A DNA stretch of 64,000 bases from Lama glama (taxonomy: Eukaryota): positions 102,550,001 through 102,614,000 of the forward strand of contig CM052817.1 in assembly GCA_028534125.1 (NCBI GenBank), given 5' to 3'. Below are positions 13,921-27,597 of the stretch, piece after piece. How positions within the stretch are numbered: position 1 is the first letter of the stretch; each line of letters opens with the position of its first letter. A program made the position numbers and the translations under genes. The notes below the pieces were generated by a model, which ran no database searches, was not told where the DNA came from, and saw only the letters and a program-made list of their open reading frames with translations.

Positions 13921-14126
13921 CAGTGGTGTGCTGGAACCAGCTCTAAGGACCCATTGTGGACATCTTTCCCCAGCTCCACAATCAGAGACGGCACGTTGAC
14001 AGCTTGAAGTTAGACATGGTGAGAGTATTTACACCATGGCAATTGGCTACAGATTAGTTTTGTTTTCCCCTTCCTGGGAAAATGTTTATTTAAATAGTTA
14101 TTTAAATGTTTACCAGCACACTACTG
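13921..14126. mobile_element. hAT DNA transposon (Arthur1/Tip100-like MITE)
   Basis: TIRs cagtggtgtgctgg / ccagcacactactg. Imperfect 8-bp TSD gaaggact / gaagaacc. Confidence 0.8.
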
Positions 14127-16822
14127 GAAGAACCAGGTGTTTTTTTTTTTTTCCCCACTGTTGTATCCTTACCAAATAGGAGTCTTTGGCCACATAATAA
14201 ATCATCAGTCAGTATTTGTCAAATAGGTGAATAATTCAGCACCTACAGCTCTCCTATCCTCTTGGGATGGCTTTTTGCTCTTTGTGATCTAACTGTCTTT
14301 AGCATTTTCCAAGAGGAGTACTGGACAGTGGCCTGTTTACCATTTTTGAGTGGGTTGTGGCAATTAAATTATTGTTTGCTTTCATAACTGTTACTTCTTT
14401 TCTGGAGGGAACAGATTTCCTCTCCTCGCCCATGCCCCCAACTTGCTGGCTCTTCAAAGGCCCTGTTGTTTATTAAGGGAGAACAAAGGACCCAGCATGA
14501 GACAAATGGGACCTACCAGAGCATATACATCAGCAGAGAGACTATATACAAATTTATGTGCAGTAATGAATGGAAATCGCTTAAAGTTCCATTTCTGCTC
14601 TTCTCATTGAAGCTTTTCTGGCATTGTTTTTTTAAGCTTATGTAGAATGTATTGTGGAGAACAAGGCTCAGTTTTAGCTGTTGATCCATTTAATTACTGC
14701 CTGTGGGGATGCAGCATGACATAGCTCTAGGTTTTCCAAATTTGGGACATTGCACGTGACCATTATAATTTTTGCCGTGACACCGTGTATCAACACATCT
14801 GCAAGCCAATTGTATTGTTATTTGTAATATATAATATTTTTCTTTAAATTGAGCGACTTTTACAAACTTCAGCTTATTTTTAAAGTCTTTTTACATCATG
14901 CTTTTAAACGTTTTATCCCCCTAAGTCCAAATGAAACTAACACATAAAGATGTCCATCTACATACACCAAATATCATCTCATGTACTGTCAGTTGTATCC
15001 CTCACACATTTTGGAAAAAAATTAGTAACAGAGAAAGAACCTAGAGCTTGGAGTTATCTACATGTGGTTGGCATCCTAGATCTCCCAGAAGGGCGCTTAG
15101 ACTCTTAGATCCTTTATCTGTCAGTGCAACTCCCTGACCTTCAGGGCAGGACAGCAAGTAAGATGATGTTCAGAACCTGATGACTGAAGGGTGGAGCTCA
15201 GAGCAGATGCTCCATAGACTAATTTCTTTTTCCATTTACGGCTCACCTTTATGACCGGCTCAATCATCTCCTTTTGGCTATTACTAACGCATATTTTACT
15301 GGGATGCAATTTTTATAGTAAAATGCATCAATCTTCAGTGTATTCAGATCAGCATTTGTTCATTATTGACTCCTGATTTACTGTTTGAATTGAATGTTTG
15401 AACATTTGACCTTTGGTGTTAGATCTGGTATTTGCCAAATGTTTGATTTTAGGAGCATCATGGCTTCTGTGAGTTTCTTTATTCATACAGAGAATGCTGG
15501 ATGAATCTGAGTTAAAAGTACTGTTCACAATTGCTAAGTGCTGCCCACGCATTCTTGTTAGTGATATTTCTTTCATTAGTCTTATTATCAATATGAAGGC
15601 TGGGGTTTTCTAACTTGGACAAATCTGTAACTTGTTATCCACACCTTGCCCAGGAATGCACGGCAGCCTTGCTCCATGTGAACCACTTAGCAATCAGCAA
15701 CTTGCAATTCAAAATCAGCAGCTCTCTGGGGGCAGATTCACAAGTCGGAAACAATCACCCAAGGCTTGCTGACTTGTGTTTCTGCCTCAAACTGCAGGAA
15801 ATTAGCAATTAGCCACCTTTGTGGCATTTCCACAGCTGGGTCTTGAGTCATGATCAATCAAAAGCAGAAATCAGAAATTATGATAAAAGAACTTTGTTTA
15901 GAGACCAGGTGCCTAATTCTAGCTCAGTCTGTCCATCAACAAAATATATCGTCTGCCTACTATGAACTTGGCCATTCTGATACCATCTCTCCCAAAACCC
16001 TCTGTGACCCCACCAGTCCTCACTGACCTCTCTCCTCTGAGTCCTGATCAGTGAGCTTGCTGGGCTGTTACACCCAACAATGAACTCTTCTCCTGTGACC
16101 ACATCGTTCATGAGCGCAGTGTGTAACCCTGGGAAGTACCACATCTTTGTTACTATTTTGTGAGGAGGCAGGTCTTGTTTTCACATGTTCTACCCCTTAA
16201 TGGCCACATAGAACCATAAGCTATACAGGGGAAGTCTGGGAAAGAAAAATTCCTGCTTAACACGAGGAAGCAAGAACTTCCTTACAGGCAGAAATGTCAG
16301 CCAGCCAGATGGCTGCTCCAAGAGTGACTATCCTCCAAATGGGCATTGTTCAAGCAAAAGCTACACAATCATCTGACAGTGATGATGTAGACCGAGAACT
16401 GAGAAGTTCAGGAGGGCAGGTGGGCTAGCTGAGCTCCAAGCCCCTTTGTGTATAAACTCTATGATTCTCTGCATTCCAGAGTGCCCCGGAATGCTTACCA
16501 GCACAAGGGATAAACAGTAGAATTGGAGAAACAAGATCTACAAGCTGAACAATTAGTAAATATGCTCTTGGAATAACCAGCATTCTTCACTGACATCCTA
16601 ATAAAGCATGGAGTTAACTAGTGCTGTGTTAAGCGATTTCCTTTAAAATACTTTGGTACAGACCATGGGACACGGTGGCTGTCATTATTAGTCAGGTTAA
16701 GCCACAGCCCAAGCAGTTCCAGTGCTCTCACTGGATCAGCCGGAGTTCTGATCAGGAAGCTTATATTCCAGAGGTGATTTCTACAAATGCTTCTGTCATC
16801 CCGAGGGGCAAAAGGCTTGTGA

Positions 16823-17070
16823 AGACTGCAAACCCTGGACTCAGACTGCAAACCCTGGACTCAGACTGCCTCAGTTTGAATCCTGGCTCTGTCATTTACT
16901 AGTTATGACATCTCAGGAACTGAACTTACCAGCAATTCAAGTTTTGAATCTATAACATTGGGATAATATTAGTGAGTGCCTTGTAGACTGCTAAGAGGAT
17001 TATGAATCAATATTTGTATAGCTTTTAGAGTAGTTATCTGCCACACAGTAAGTGCTATATAAGTGTTAAA
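16823..17070 (+). mobile_element. MIR SINE with a 20-bp tandem duplication at its start
   Basis: 'agactgcaaaccctggactc' x2 (16823-16862), then 'tttgaatcctggctctgtcatttactag'. Confidence 0.75.
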
Positions 17071-17467
17071 CAAATAAAATTAATTGACATCAGAATCTTT
17101 GCTTAATAACATGCTAAATGCCAGAAATGGGTTCTTGCCGGTGAAATGAAAGGTACTCAAGTTGTGTAGACTGGCATAATCTAGAGACACTCTCCGTCCT
17201 TCTGCGCTCACATAAACAGGATATAAGAGCAAGGCTAGTAGGCATGACAGCCATGAGTTAACCCTTAATTACTCCGAGAAGCATTTGAGTCAGCAGATTC
17301 TGGTTTCCTGATACCAACTGTAAGGGAAACAGAATCCTGCCTCTGGAATATTACCACTTTGTCTTGACTAAACATTTAAAGTATGATGGTAATTGGAGCG
17401 CTAAAAACATAAAGAACTGGAATTCATGGAGATCGCAGACAGATTATAGGAGCATTGTGTGCTTACA

Positions 17468-18029
17468 TGAGATAGGAAGGAAAGGGGGGCAGGGCACAAT
17501 CATTAAAGGAATGACACAGCAGTTGAAGACAGAACAAAAACACAGAACAAAAACTGATTAAAATCTGACTAGGCCCTCGATGGCAGAAGACTCAACTCCC
17601 AGTAGACCTTGAGCTTCGTTATACGCTCATTGTAATATATTAACATGGCAGGTGGCACTCCCACAGGCGCCATGACAGCTCCGAGGCTGACCATAAAAGG
17701 TTAAAAAGTGGGCAGTGGCCCAACTCCTGGGAAGCCCAGACCCTTTCCCAAAGTAGCTGAAATAACTTGTTAGCATATGGAGTTACCAAGCCGATAAAAA
17801 CTAACAACATTGCACCCGAGACCCATCCGCCTCCATCCTTTGGATATGGCCCGCACTCTGTCTAGGGAGTGTGTATCTCCCTGAATGAATCTCCTTTTGC
17901 TCATCTATGGCTCTCTCTAGATTTCTCTCCCTCATGAAGCCAAGGACCCACACTCAGTAGGGCGTCTCCTAGGGACTCACCTGAGACCTGGGACGCGGCC
18001 GTCCTCTTGTGCCCCATTTTCCTGCAACA
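17468..18029 (+). mobile_element. ERV1-type solo LTR (family A, copy 1)
   Basis: TG...CA termini. Long blocks shared with 24091-24740 and, inverted, with 26980-27597 (e.g. 'gggggcagggcaca', 'gaccttgagcttc', 'gaagccaaggac'). Confidence 0.85.
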
Positions 18030-20930
18030 TAGCTGCTAATGGATATTTGTACAGTAAATACATTTATGTGATAGAATTTGTTCTGAGACTTGCTTTTATT
18101 ATAGCCCAGTAGAGAGGCTGTGGGGAAGATGCTAACTCTCACTCATATCAAATTTTTAGATTACCTACAAAAATGATCAATTCTAGGAATTGTGTATGAC
18201 CAAACTGAATTAGGTTCACTTCACAAGAAACAGAGAATAGACTGGGGGATGTCATGGGGCAGTGGTTCAGTATGATCCACTGAACCCAGTCATTGAGAAG
18301 GATGTAAGGACACACCAGCAGAGAGGGTGAAACTCGAGATTCTGTAAATGGATGAAACATAGGTACCAGCAGTAGGAAAGAGAGGAAGGAAGGTGTGAGA
18401 GTGACAGAAGTTCTGAGTTAATGAGGAGTGGGAACAAAAAGGTTGGATAAAAGGGGTGATGTCAAAATATGGAGAGATTAGAAGTTAGGCAAGTTGCTTT
18501 TGGCTGAGTGGACACTACAGAGCTTTCTAATATGGCTTGTCTCAGCACTTCACAGAAATGCTATCCTGCACATCACCAATGACCTCCTGGATTCCAAAGC
18601 CAGAGAGCTTATCAGTTCTTCCTTTGGTCCACCATGCTGCAGCGTTCGACCTGTGATGTACTTTCCCTTTTGGAAGATGACATGCACAAAGGGGAAAATG
18701 CCAACCTCAGGCCCTTAGGAGAGTTGGGGCTGGAGATCCAGATTTGCTAAAGCAGAAGGGTTGATGCTGTGGCAAGGGGTAACTTGATGCTGTGCTGGGG
18801 TGCCTGGATACTGAGAACTGTAATGGAACTTTGGAGGATGATGACATTTAGAGGGGAGGGAGAGACTGGGCAGCAGAGCAGTGATTAGAAGGCAAGAAGG
18901 GAATCAGGGAGTTCAGAGAAAGAAGCCAGAGGACTCTGTCAGTGCTCAGTGAAGTGTTGCTGTTGTGGGTGGCCCTGGGGGTTGCCAGGGCTGGTGGGGG
19001 GGTGTTGCCTCTGTGTGTTTGGAGGGAGAATGGGAAGGACAGTGAACAAACTGTGGGAGGCAGCAGGAGAACAGAAGATACATCAGACCTGCCTACGAAT
19101 TTATTAGCTCCATAGATGCATCCACCTAGAAAATATCGATGATTCACTGAGAGAATGATTTTCCTTGTCTTCCTCTGTTCTCTTTTTTAAAATCTCTTCC
19201 TGTAGTTCCTCTTCCATGCTTTACTGGTATATTAAATCACAAAATGTGAGAACCTGCATGTCTCCCCTTGACAAAGCACAGGCCCTGTTTGCATGGGACT
19301 CCCTGTGGTTTTCCATTATGAGAATTATTATAAAGATACGTGCACAAGGAGAGCAGATTAAAGAAATCATCAAAATGAATAGTAATTACACTTAAAAAAA
19401 ACACTGTGTTCTAATCAGTGGGAAATGTTTGTTTTTAAAGTATTTGGAATTAAAAATAATTGGTTTAATCTACGCTGTGTTTCTGCAAGCTCTAGACACC
19501 CCATACTAGTAACCTTTCTTTAATTTTTTGAATAGAATGTAAAGGACAGTATTCTAGTGAACAGGATCATTCATCCATCCAACAGATACTCATCCTGAAA
19601 GCCTCTTCTGTGCTAGCACTAGAGATGCATTGATGACCATAACAACAACAACAACAAAACCCCTGCCCTCAGGGAGCTTGCTCTCTGGTTGTTCTGCAAA
19701 GGTCCCACAGACAACGAATTTTAATTTACTTTATCAGCTGTTTTGCTTAGATAAGTTTTTAAACTTGTCAGCCTCAGGTCCCTCAGCTATAAAATAGGGT
19801 TGCTATGAAGATAAAATGCTTAGAACACAGGTAAATCCTCAACAAATTTGTTGAAGTCAAGGGATAATGTATGTAAAAATGCTATGAAAACTCGAAAGCA
19901 AAATACCTAACTTAATTAAAAAGTTACCATGGGCTGGACCACCTTGGAGGCTATTTGTCCTGTGACTTTTCTGGTGCTGTTTGTCCTCGGAGGAGGGACA
20001 GTCATGTCTGGTGAGCTCCACCCTGTTTCTAGCACCACTGCTGGGAGTTCATCTGGCATCCCTGGTGGCCCACCTCCAGGGGCCTCGCCCACTGGGAGTT
20101 TATTTGGCTTACTCGATTTATGTCCCCATAAAGAATCTGAGTGAACTTTTAAACTCTTAACTCTGACCTATATAATGTTTATGAAAAGCTAAAATTCCTT
20201 TTTAACACTTATGAAAAGCTTTTATCATTACATTTAGCTCTTTCTGTTGGAACAAAAGTAGAACTTCTCTGCCACCTGGCTCTGCGAAACTAATCAGGGT
20301 CTGGTTGATTTATGACCCCTGGAGAGTGCATGCTTCGCTGAGATCCTCAAGACGCACCATCGTTACATCGTCCTGTTGCCTGCTGGGTAGGAGAGAGAGA
20401 TATCCAGCCTGTTTTTGGCAGAATGATCCCTTAGGGGTTGCAAGGTCTAAACAATTACGTGATTCCTTCCAGTCTTTCTGAATAACAGTTACATAAGCTC
20501 TAATGAATATGTTGGTTTCCATAGTGAAATTAACCCAAGTAAATGATAAGGTGAACGGGATGTGTAGAAGAGAGTGTAATATTGTAGTCACGTGGCCAGT
20601 GTCAAAATCAGCAACATCAGTATCATCAGCCCACATCTTCTTGTGGGAAGAAATATGGAAAGCACCCCAGTATTCAGGGCTTTTAAAAATGACTCTAATG
20701 TGAGAAATCTGTGGTCTGATGAGTTACTATGAAAGTTTTTTAAATTTTTGTAATATTGAAAATTTAAAAATACTGTAAATTTTAAAAAATTCAAAGGATA
20801 AGGTAGAAAGTGGAAGTCATCTAAAGTTCCACCACCCTGAGATAATTACCATTAACATTTTATGCCTACCTACCACATACCTTAAATTTTACTTAAATGA
20901 TATAGAATGCATGCTGTTTTTGACATGACA

Positions 20931-21812
20931 TCTTTTTTTTTTTTTTAACTGAAATACGGTCAATTGACAACATTGTGTTAGTTTCTGGTGTACAGCATAT
21001 TGATTCAGTTATACACACATATATGTTCTTTTTTGTATTCTTTATCATTGTAAGTTATTATAAAGTATTGAATATAGTTCCCTGTGCTAAACAGTGGGGC
21101 CTTGTTTACCTATTTTATATATAGTACTTAGTATCTGCAAATCCCAAACTCTTAATTTATCCCTCCCCACTTTCCCCCTTGATAACTATAACTTTATTTT
21201 CTATGTCTGTGAGTCAGTTTCTGTTTTATAAATAAGTGCAGTTGTGCCATTTTTTAAGATTCCACATATAAGTGTTATCATATGGTATTTGTCTCTCTCT
21301 GTCCGACTTAGTATGATAATCTCTAGGTCCATTCATGTTGCTGCAAATGGCATTATGTCATTCTTTTTTATGGCTGAGTACTATTCCATTGTGTATATAT
21401 ACCACATCTTCTCTATTCAGTCATTTGTCAGTGAACATTTAGAATGCATCCATGTCTTGGCTATTGTAAACAGTACTATGAACATTGGGGTACATATATC
21501 TTTTCAAATTAGAGTTTCCTCTGGATATATGCCCAGAATTGGGATTGCTAGATCATGTGGTAACTCTATCTTTAGTTTTTTAAGGAATCTTCACACTATT
21601 TTTCATAGCAGCTGCACCAAACTGCATTCCCACCAGCAGTGTATAGGAGGGTTCCCTTTTCTCCACAGCCTCTCCAGCATTTATTGTTTGTGGACTTTTT
21701 AATGATGGCCATTCTGATGGGTGTGGGGTGATACCTCACTGTGGTTTTGACTAGCATTTCTCTGATAATTTGCAATATTGGGCTTCTTATTTTTTATGTG
21801 CCTCTTGGCCAT
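20931..21812 (-). mobile_element. Young L1 3' fragment, inserted in older L1M sequence spanning about 20700-22270
   Basis: Poly-T at about 20933, L1 3' UTR, and ORF2 C-terminal sequence 'ccatgtcttggctattgtaaa...tcccaccagcagtgta...gccattctga'. Confidence 0.9.
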
Positions 21813-23589
21813 ATTATTGACAGGGCATCTAAAATCTGTTTCTATGTCCTCTCCCTCCCTTGTCATTTTTAACTGCCAGCTCTGCATCTCTCCATATCTT
21901 TCCCAATGTATGTAGTCATATATAAACACACATTTTAGGGCAGTTTTAAAATCATTGTTTTACAAAAGTAGAATTCATTATACATAGAGCTCTCCATATT
22001 GCTTATGTATTGTAAAATTCTTTTAAATTTATTGGTATGGATGTAGCTCATCCTTGGAAAAGGCTACATACTATTTCATATCATAGATAAACCACAATAT
22101 GTTCATTCATGGTCCCACTGATGAATATTCCTTTTGTTTTCTGGTTTTACCCCTATAAACAAAGCTGCAATCCATTTTTCTTGTACATATATCTTTATGT
22201 TTGATATTTTTCTGTCTAAGGAAAGATTCCCAAAGGTGAGAGATTGGCTGTACCATCAAGAATTTGGACTGGAGAGATAATTCAGAAAGAATGAATTTAC
22301 TTTCTGGCAGAGGGGTATGAGTGACAACACTAGTGACAAAAAAAGCTGAAGTGAACATTAGACGGTCGCTGTCATGCTCTGAACATCAGCTGTGCTCTAA
22401 AAATGCATGCTGACTAAAGAAATGGATGAGTGAGTGAATAACTGCAGAATTCCTTCCTTCCCCTTATTGCTTTAAATCCATTTCAGTGGAGTGATAAAAG
22501 CAGATTGCTCAGATTCTTCTGTCATATAAACCCCATTCCGTTTGCCTGTCAAGTTTAGTGATCTAGGGATGACCAGCCCATTCATTTGCATTTTACATAC
22601 TTTAAAGCTTATTCACATTGCTGATAACCTAACTGAATTCCTCGGGAGGCCAGCATGTCCAGGCCTCCCAGACGTTGCATCTACTCAAGACACCTATCAC
22701 ACCATTGTAGTATTGTTTTTAGTAATACGTTTTCCCAAACGTCCCTTCCCTTGGCTCCTTGACTTCTGTTATGTTCTGTTTTAGTTTTGATTGTAAATTT
22801 GCCAGATGGCTGCCAGAAGTCAGCAGGGTTGAAGGCTTCACTTGTCTGATGGCCACCTTCCACATTTTCACTTCAAATATTTGCATTTTTGTGTCAATAC
22901 ATAAATCTTCCTTCTTGGAGGTAGTGTATACACCAAATCTAGATTTGGCTTAATTACTAAGGATGTATTACTCATACAATGAAAGAACATTCTAGTCTGA
23001 TAGACTGAAACACTTGCATTTAGATTCCTATACTTGAAAAAATCAAGGATATTTATTGCACTTACTTGCTAATTTCTAGTGACCCCTTGGTGTACAAACT
23101 AGAAAACTTGAACAATTTAATCACCCTTGAGTTGACACAAAAAGCAGCAGAATTTTATTTCAAAAAAGGCACCAAGATACATGTCCATAATATTGTAAAG
23201 GTTTCATGAATGACATTTTTAAACCGTGACCAAATTTGGTAAATTTGTCAATGCATTCTGTGAATGTATAAAAACAACAGTGTACCAAGATTACAGTGAA
23301 AAATTTTTTAAATTTTTCCTGATGTGGTTTTTTTTTTTTTGGTTCTGGAAATGATGAGATCACTACCTCTGAAAAGTGTAAGAATGAACCCCTCCTTTGC
23401 TTTGTCCTCAATTAACCCTCCAGTACCTCTCAGAGTCCATAAGTCACAGATTTCCTGTCCAAAATGGGACTGAGCTTCTAAGGACATGAAGGAAATCGGG
23501 TCTAAATGGCAAAACAGGGGAACTTTCCTTTTAAATGCTAGAGAGTGCAGAGGAGAAGATGAAAAAGAAAACAGGAGAACAACTATGAT

Positions 23590-23800
23590 AATAAAAATAA
23601 CTAGTATTTACTGAGTGCTTACTACTTGACAGTAATGTACACGCCCACTTTATTAATCTGTGTATAAGTTTGCACAGTTGGTATAGTGTTACCATTTCCA
23701 GGAGGAAATGGAGGCTCTGACACATAAAGTAAAATTTTCAGGTTACACGGTAAATTATAAAGGTGGCCTGGAGCCCTGGTCTCTCGGACCCAAGGTCCAT
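23590..23800 (-). mobile_element. MIR SINE
   Basis: 'tatttactgagtgcttacta...gaggaaatggaggctctga'. Confidence 0.6.
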
Positions 23801-24090
23801 TACAGAGTCAGACCTCCGCAGGAAGGACTTGTACCAGGCTGTTTTATATAAGGGATTGAGCAGGCAGATTTTGGTGCAGATGGGGACCCTGAAACCGGTC
23901 CTCCATGGACACTGCATCGCCAGGTCCCTCTGCGGAAGAACTCATCTGCACCTCTCAGGTTGTTTTCTGCCTGGCGACCTTTGGGAGGTTTGAATGCTGC
24001 CGCAGGTAGGAGCACTCAGTTTCTGCGGCCCATCGTCTGCCCTCACTTCTTGCCTGCCTCATGTGCAAGTATCCAGATACCTGGCAAGAC

Positions 24091-24740
24091 GGAGACAAGA
24101 AGGCAGGGGGCAGGGCACAGCCATCAAAGGAATGACACAGCAGTTAGCAAGCACCAAGGTGGCGGAGAAGTCAACTCCTAACAGACCTCGAGGTCCAAGA
24201 TGGCAGGAGGTTTGACTTCCTGCAGACCTTGAGCTTCATTATACGCTCACTGTAACACAGCAGCATAGTAAACGGGGCACTCCTGCAGGCGCCATGGCCG
24301 GTCTGAGGCTGACCGTAAAAGGTCAAAGAGAGGGCGGTGGCCAAGCTCCGGGGGATCCCAGCCCCTTCCCCAAAGTAATTGGAAGAATCCTCCCACTTGT
24401 CAGCATATGAAATAAAGGAGCTCACAAAAACTAGCAGCACTGTGCCTCGTGGTCTCTCTCTCCCTCCCCTTCAGAGACGGCCTGCACTCTCTGGAGTGTG
24501 TATCTACTTTTGTTTTACCACCCCCATGCCTCGTGGCCTCTCTAACCTTCTAAGATGGCCTACACTGGGGCTATGGAGTGTGCATTTCTTTGAGTAAATC
24601 TTTTGCTCAACTGTGGCAACTGTGGCTCACGCTTGAATTCTTCCTGCGTGAAGCCAAGGACCCCCGCTGGGTGGGGTGCATCCCAGGGACTCACCCAAAA
24701 CCTAGGTCATGGCTGTGCTCTCGTGCCCCATTTTTGCTGG
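24091..24740 (+). mobile_element. ERV1-type solo LTR (family A, copy 2)
   Basis: Collinear similarity to 17468-18029. Confidence 0.85.
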
Positions 24741-25090
24741 CTCCGGACTGCTCGCTGGGTGCGGCCGCAGTTGGCTCTGGCTGATTCTTCCGCTGCTGTT
24801 TACCGCTGCCGTGCCCTGCCTGCCCTCACTTGGCTCCGGTCTTCCCCACGCTCTGCCCAGGAGACCTACTCCTTGCCATACCCACATCTCAAAGACTCAT
24901 TTGGTGGCGAAGTTCCTTAAAGCTTGAGTTGGCTGGAAGGGATGGAGGAAGTCACGGGGGAGGTGTCAGTCAGGGCACCCAACTCAAGCAGCAACTGGCA
25001 TGCTTGTCCAGGTACCTTGGCATGTTGCTCCACGCATACCCAGGGGTACTTATTCTGTGGGCAGAAGTCAAGGCCACAGCCTGGCTTCCC

Positions 25091-25590
25091 NNNNNNNNNN
25101 NNNNNNNNNNNNNNNNNNNNNNNNNNNNNNNNNNNNNNNNNNNNNNNNNNNNNNNNNNNNNNNNNNNNNNNNNNNNNNNNNNNNNNNNNNNNNNNNNNNN
25201 NNNNNNNNNNNNNNNNNNNNNNNNNNNNNNNNNNNNNNNNNNNNNNNNNNNNNNNNNNNNNNNNNNNNNNNNNNNNNNNNNNNNNNNNNNNNNNNNNNNN
25301 NNNNNNNNNNNNNNNNNNNNNNNNNNNNNNNNNNNNNNNNNNNNNNNNNNNNNNNNNNNNNNNNNNNNNNNNNNNNNNNNNNNNNNNNNNNNNNNNNNNN
25401 NNNNNNNNNNNNNNNNNNNNNNNNNNNNNNNNNNNNNNNNNNNNNNNNNNNNNNNNNNNNNNNNNNNNNNNNNNNNNNNNNNNNNNNNNNNNNNNNNNNN
25501 NNNNNNNNNNNNNNNNNNNNNNNNNNNNNNNNNNNNNNNNNNNNNNNNNNNNNNNNNNNNNNNNNNNNNNNNNNNNNNNNNNNNNNNNNN
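25091..25590. other. Assembly gap (500 N)
   Basis: Run of n characters. Confidence 1.
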
Positions 25591-26276
25591 ATGAATACCC
25601 TAGGGAAAATGGAGTGTTTCATCACAAAATGGCTCACATCTGCTTTCATTTAGATAATGACTTTTTTTCACTTTTCTCTTCTTAGTAAATGGCTTTCAGA
25701 GTTGGTTGATATAGAACATCACGTGAAAACAAAGTATTTTCTCTGTGTCTGCTTTTGTTTATTGACTCTAAAATATCTTTATTATCGACCGTTAGATTAT
25801 CAAGTATCTGTCAGTTTTTGTAGATCTGTTTTTAAATATTGTCCACAGAGTTCAGTGGGCAGTACTCAAGCTTCCCTTCCAGGAATGGCCGTGTCCTGTG
25901 TGAGGACTGGTGATAACCAGTTCCCTGTGGCTGGTTTCCAGTCCATCAGGGGCCTCATCTGATGGGTCATTACTGGTTTTTAAAATATTTGGAATATTTC
26001 AGCCCTCAGCTGCTCTGGTTCCTGAGGCAGATTGCTCCTTATTATGGTGGTGGTGTATCACCATAATAAGGAGCTTAATATTTATTAATAACATACATTG
26101 CCATTCTGAGTTCATTGCCTTCCTTCATTTGGCTCTGACATGGAAGCCTGCATTTTCTCAGAGGGGTTCTCAGAGTTGACAGAGGAAAACAAAGATTTTA
26201 TGTCCTTAACTTTCAGGTGTCAAAAGTTGCAGCCTAGATATAGGACAAACATATTAAGAGGAAAATACTGACTGGC

Positions 26277-26778
26277 TGTCAACTGAAACAAAATGCACAG
26301 CCAAGAGTTCTGTTTTATTCGGCAGACATTTCTGAGGACTCAGCCCTGGGTGACAGCCTCTCAGGTGGCTCTGAGGGGCTCCTCCAAAGAGTAAAGGAGG
26401 AGCCAGGATTTATAGGAATTTTTACAACAAAGACCAGGCAGTCAGAACATCAAAAGATTACTGTTAATTAAAGCAAGCTAGACATCTCAAGTTAAAGAAT
26501 TTAGTGGTTTTCTGTGTATGGGAAGGTGCAAAGGTCTGGGCTCACTGAAATCACTCCTTTGATATATGCCTGGCTCTCTAGGGCAGGTGTCCTGTGCTTT
26601 CCCATCCTGAGTCCCCTCAGGGGGCACCCCTGGGGACGGCTGCAGAGGCCGGGCTGCCTGCTTGTCTGTATGCTGAGTTCCCTCCAAGGCTCACTGTCGG
26701 GTGGGGGTAGCGGGCCGATGGCTTGATGGCCGCAAGATTCTTTGTTTACTAACTGGCTCGCAATATTTTTCATTCACA
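26277..26778 (-). mobile_element. ERV1-type solo LTR (different family)
   Basis: tgtcaactgaaa...cattcaca termini, AATAAA on the minus strand near 26315, imperfect 4-bp TSD tggc/tgac. Confidence 0.8.
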
Positions 26779-26979
26779 TGACTAAGCATGATCTTTCTTC
26801 CAGTCATGACTGGAGACGAGCCTCTGATGGGAAAGGCAGACTTGGAGAGGGAAGAAAAGTCAGACCTTGGTAAAGACTGCTAGACTCAGGCGTGACTGGG
26901 TGGGTGGCCAACGGGGCGGAGAGCGGGGAGTGCTTGGTAGAACTTCCTAGGTTCATTTTGGGAAACCCAAGAGTAGAAC

Positions 26980-27597
26980 TGATGCAGGAAAACAGATGTG
27001 AGGTGTGGGCAGGGCCGGGCCGTGTCCCAGGCTTCGGTTGAGCCCCTGGGACGTGCCCCGCCAAGTGTGCGTCCTTGGCTTCGCGCAGGAAAGAATTCAA
27101 GAGTGAGCCACGTTGAGTGAAGGTAGATTTATTCAGAGAGATACATTTAAAGGCAAGAGAGAGGCCACGAGGTGTGGGGGTTGGGTGCTCAGATTAAAAG
27201 TAGGTACACACTCCATAGACAGAATGTGGGCCATCTCCGAAGAGGGAGAGAGAGGGAGACGGAGCGGCCACGCAGTTTTTATGGGCTCAGTGGCTTCATA
27301 TGCTTATAAGCGGACAGGTCAGTCTAAGTAGCCTGGGGAGGGGGCTGGGATTCCCAGGGAGTTGGCCATTTCCCACCCTTAGACCATTGTGGCTAGCCTT
27401 GGGACTGCCACGGTGCCTGTAGTCATGTTATTCATCATGCTAACGTATTACAATAAGCATATAATGACGCTCAAGGTCTAATAGAAGTTAAATCTCCCAT
27501 CATCTAGAGCCTCAAGGCCTCCTGGGGGTTGAACCATTTTGATGTTAATTGCTGTAGCATTCCTTGAGTGGCTGTGCCCTGCCCCCCTCCTGTCTCA
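26980..27597 (-). mobile_element. ERV1-type solo LTR (family A, copy 3, inverted)
   Basis: Reverse complement starts 'tgagacaggaggggggcagggcacagccactcaaggaatg'. TSD gaac/gaat. Confidence 0.85.

Noticed and set aside
20310..20636. 108-aa minus-strand ORF in non-repeat sequence
   Set aside because: No recognisable motif, and the length is within chance expectation.
24830..25685. Long ORFs in the track
   Set aside because: Artefacts of the 500-N gap.
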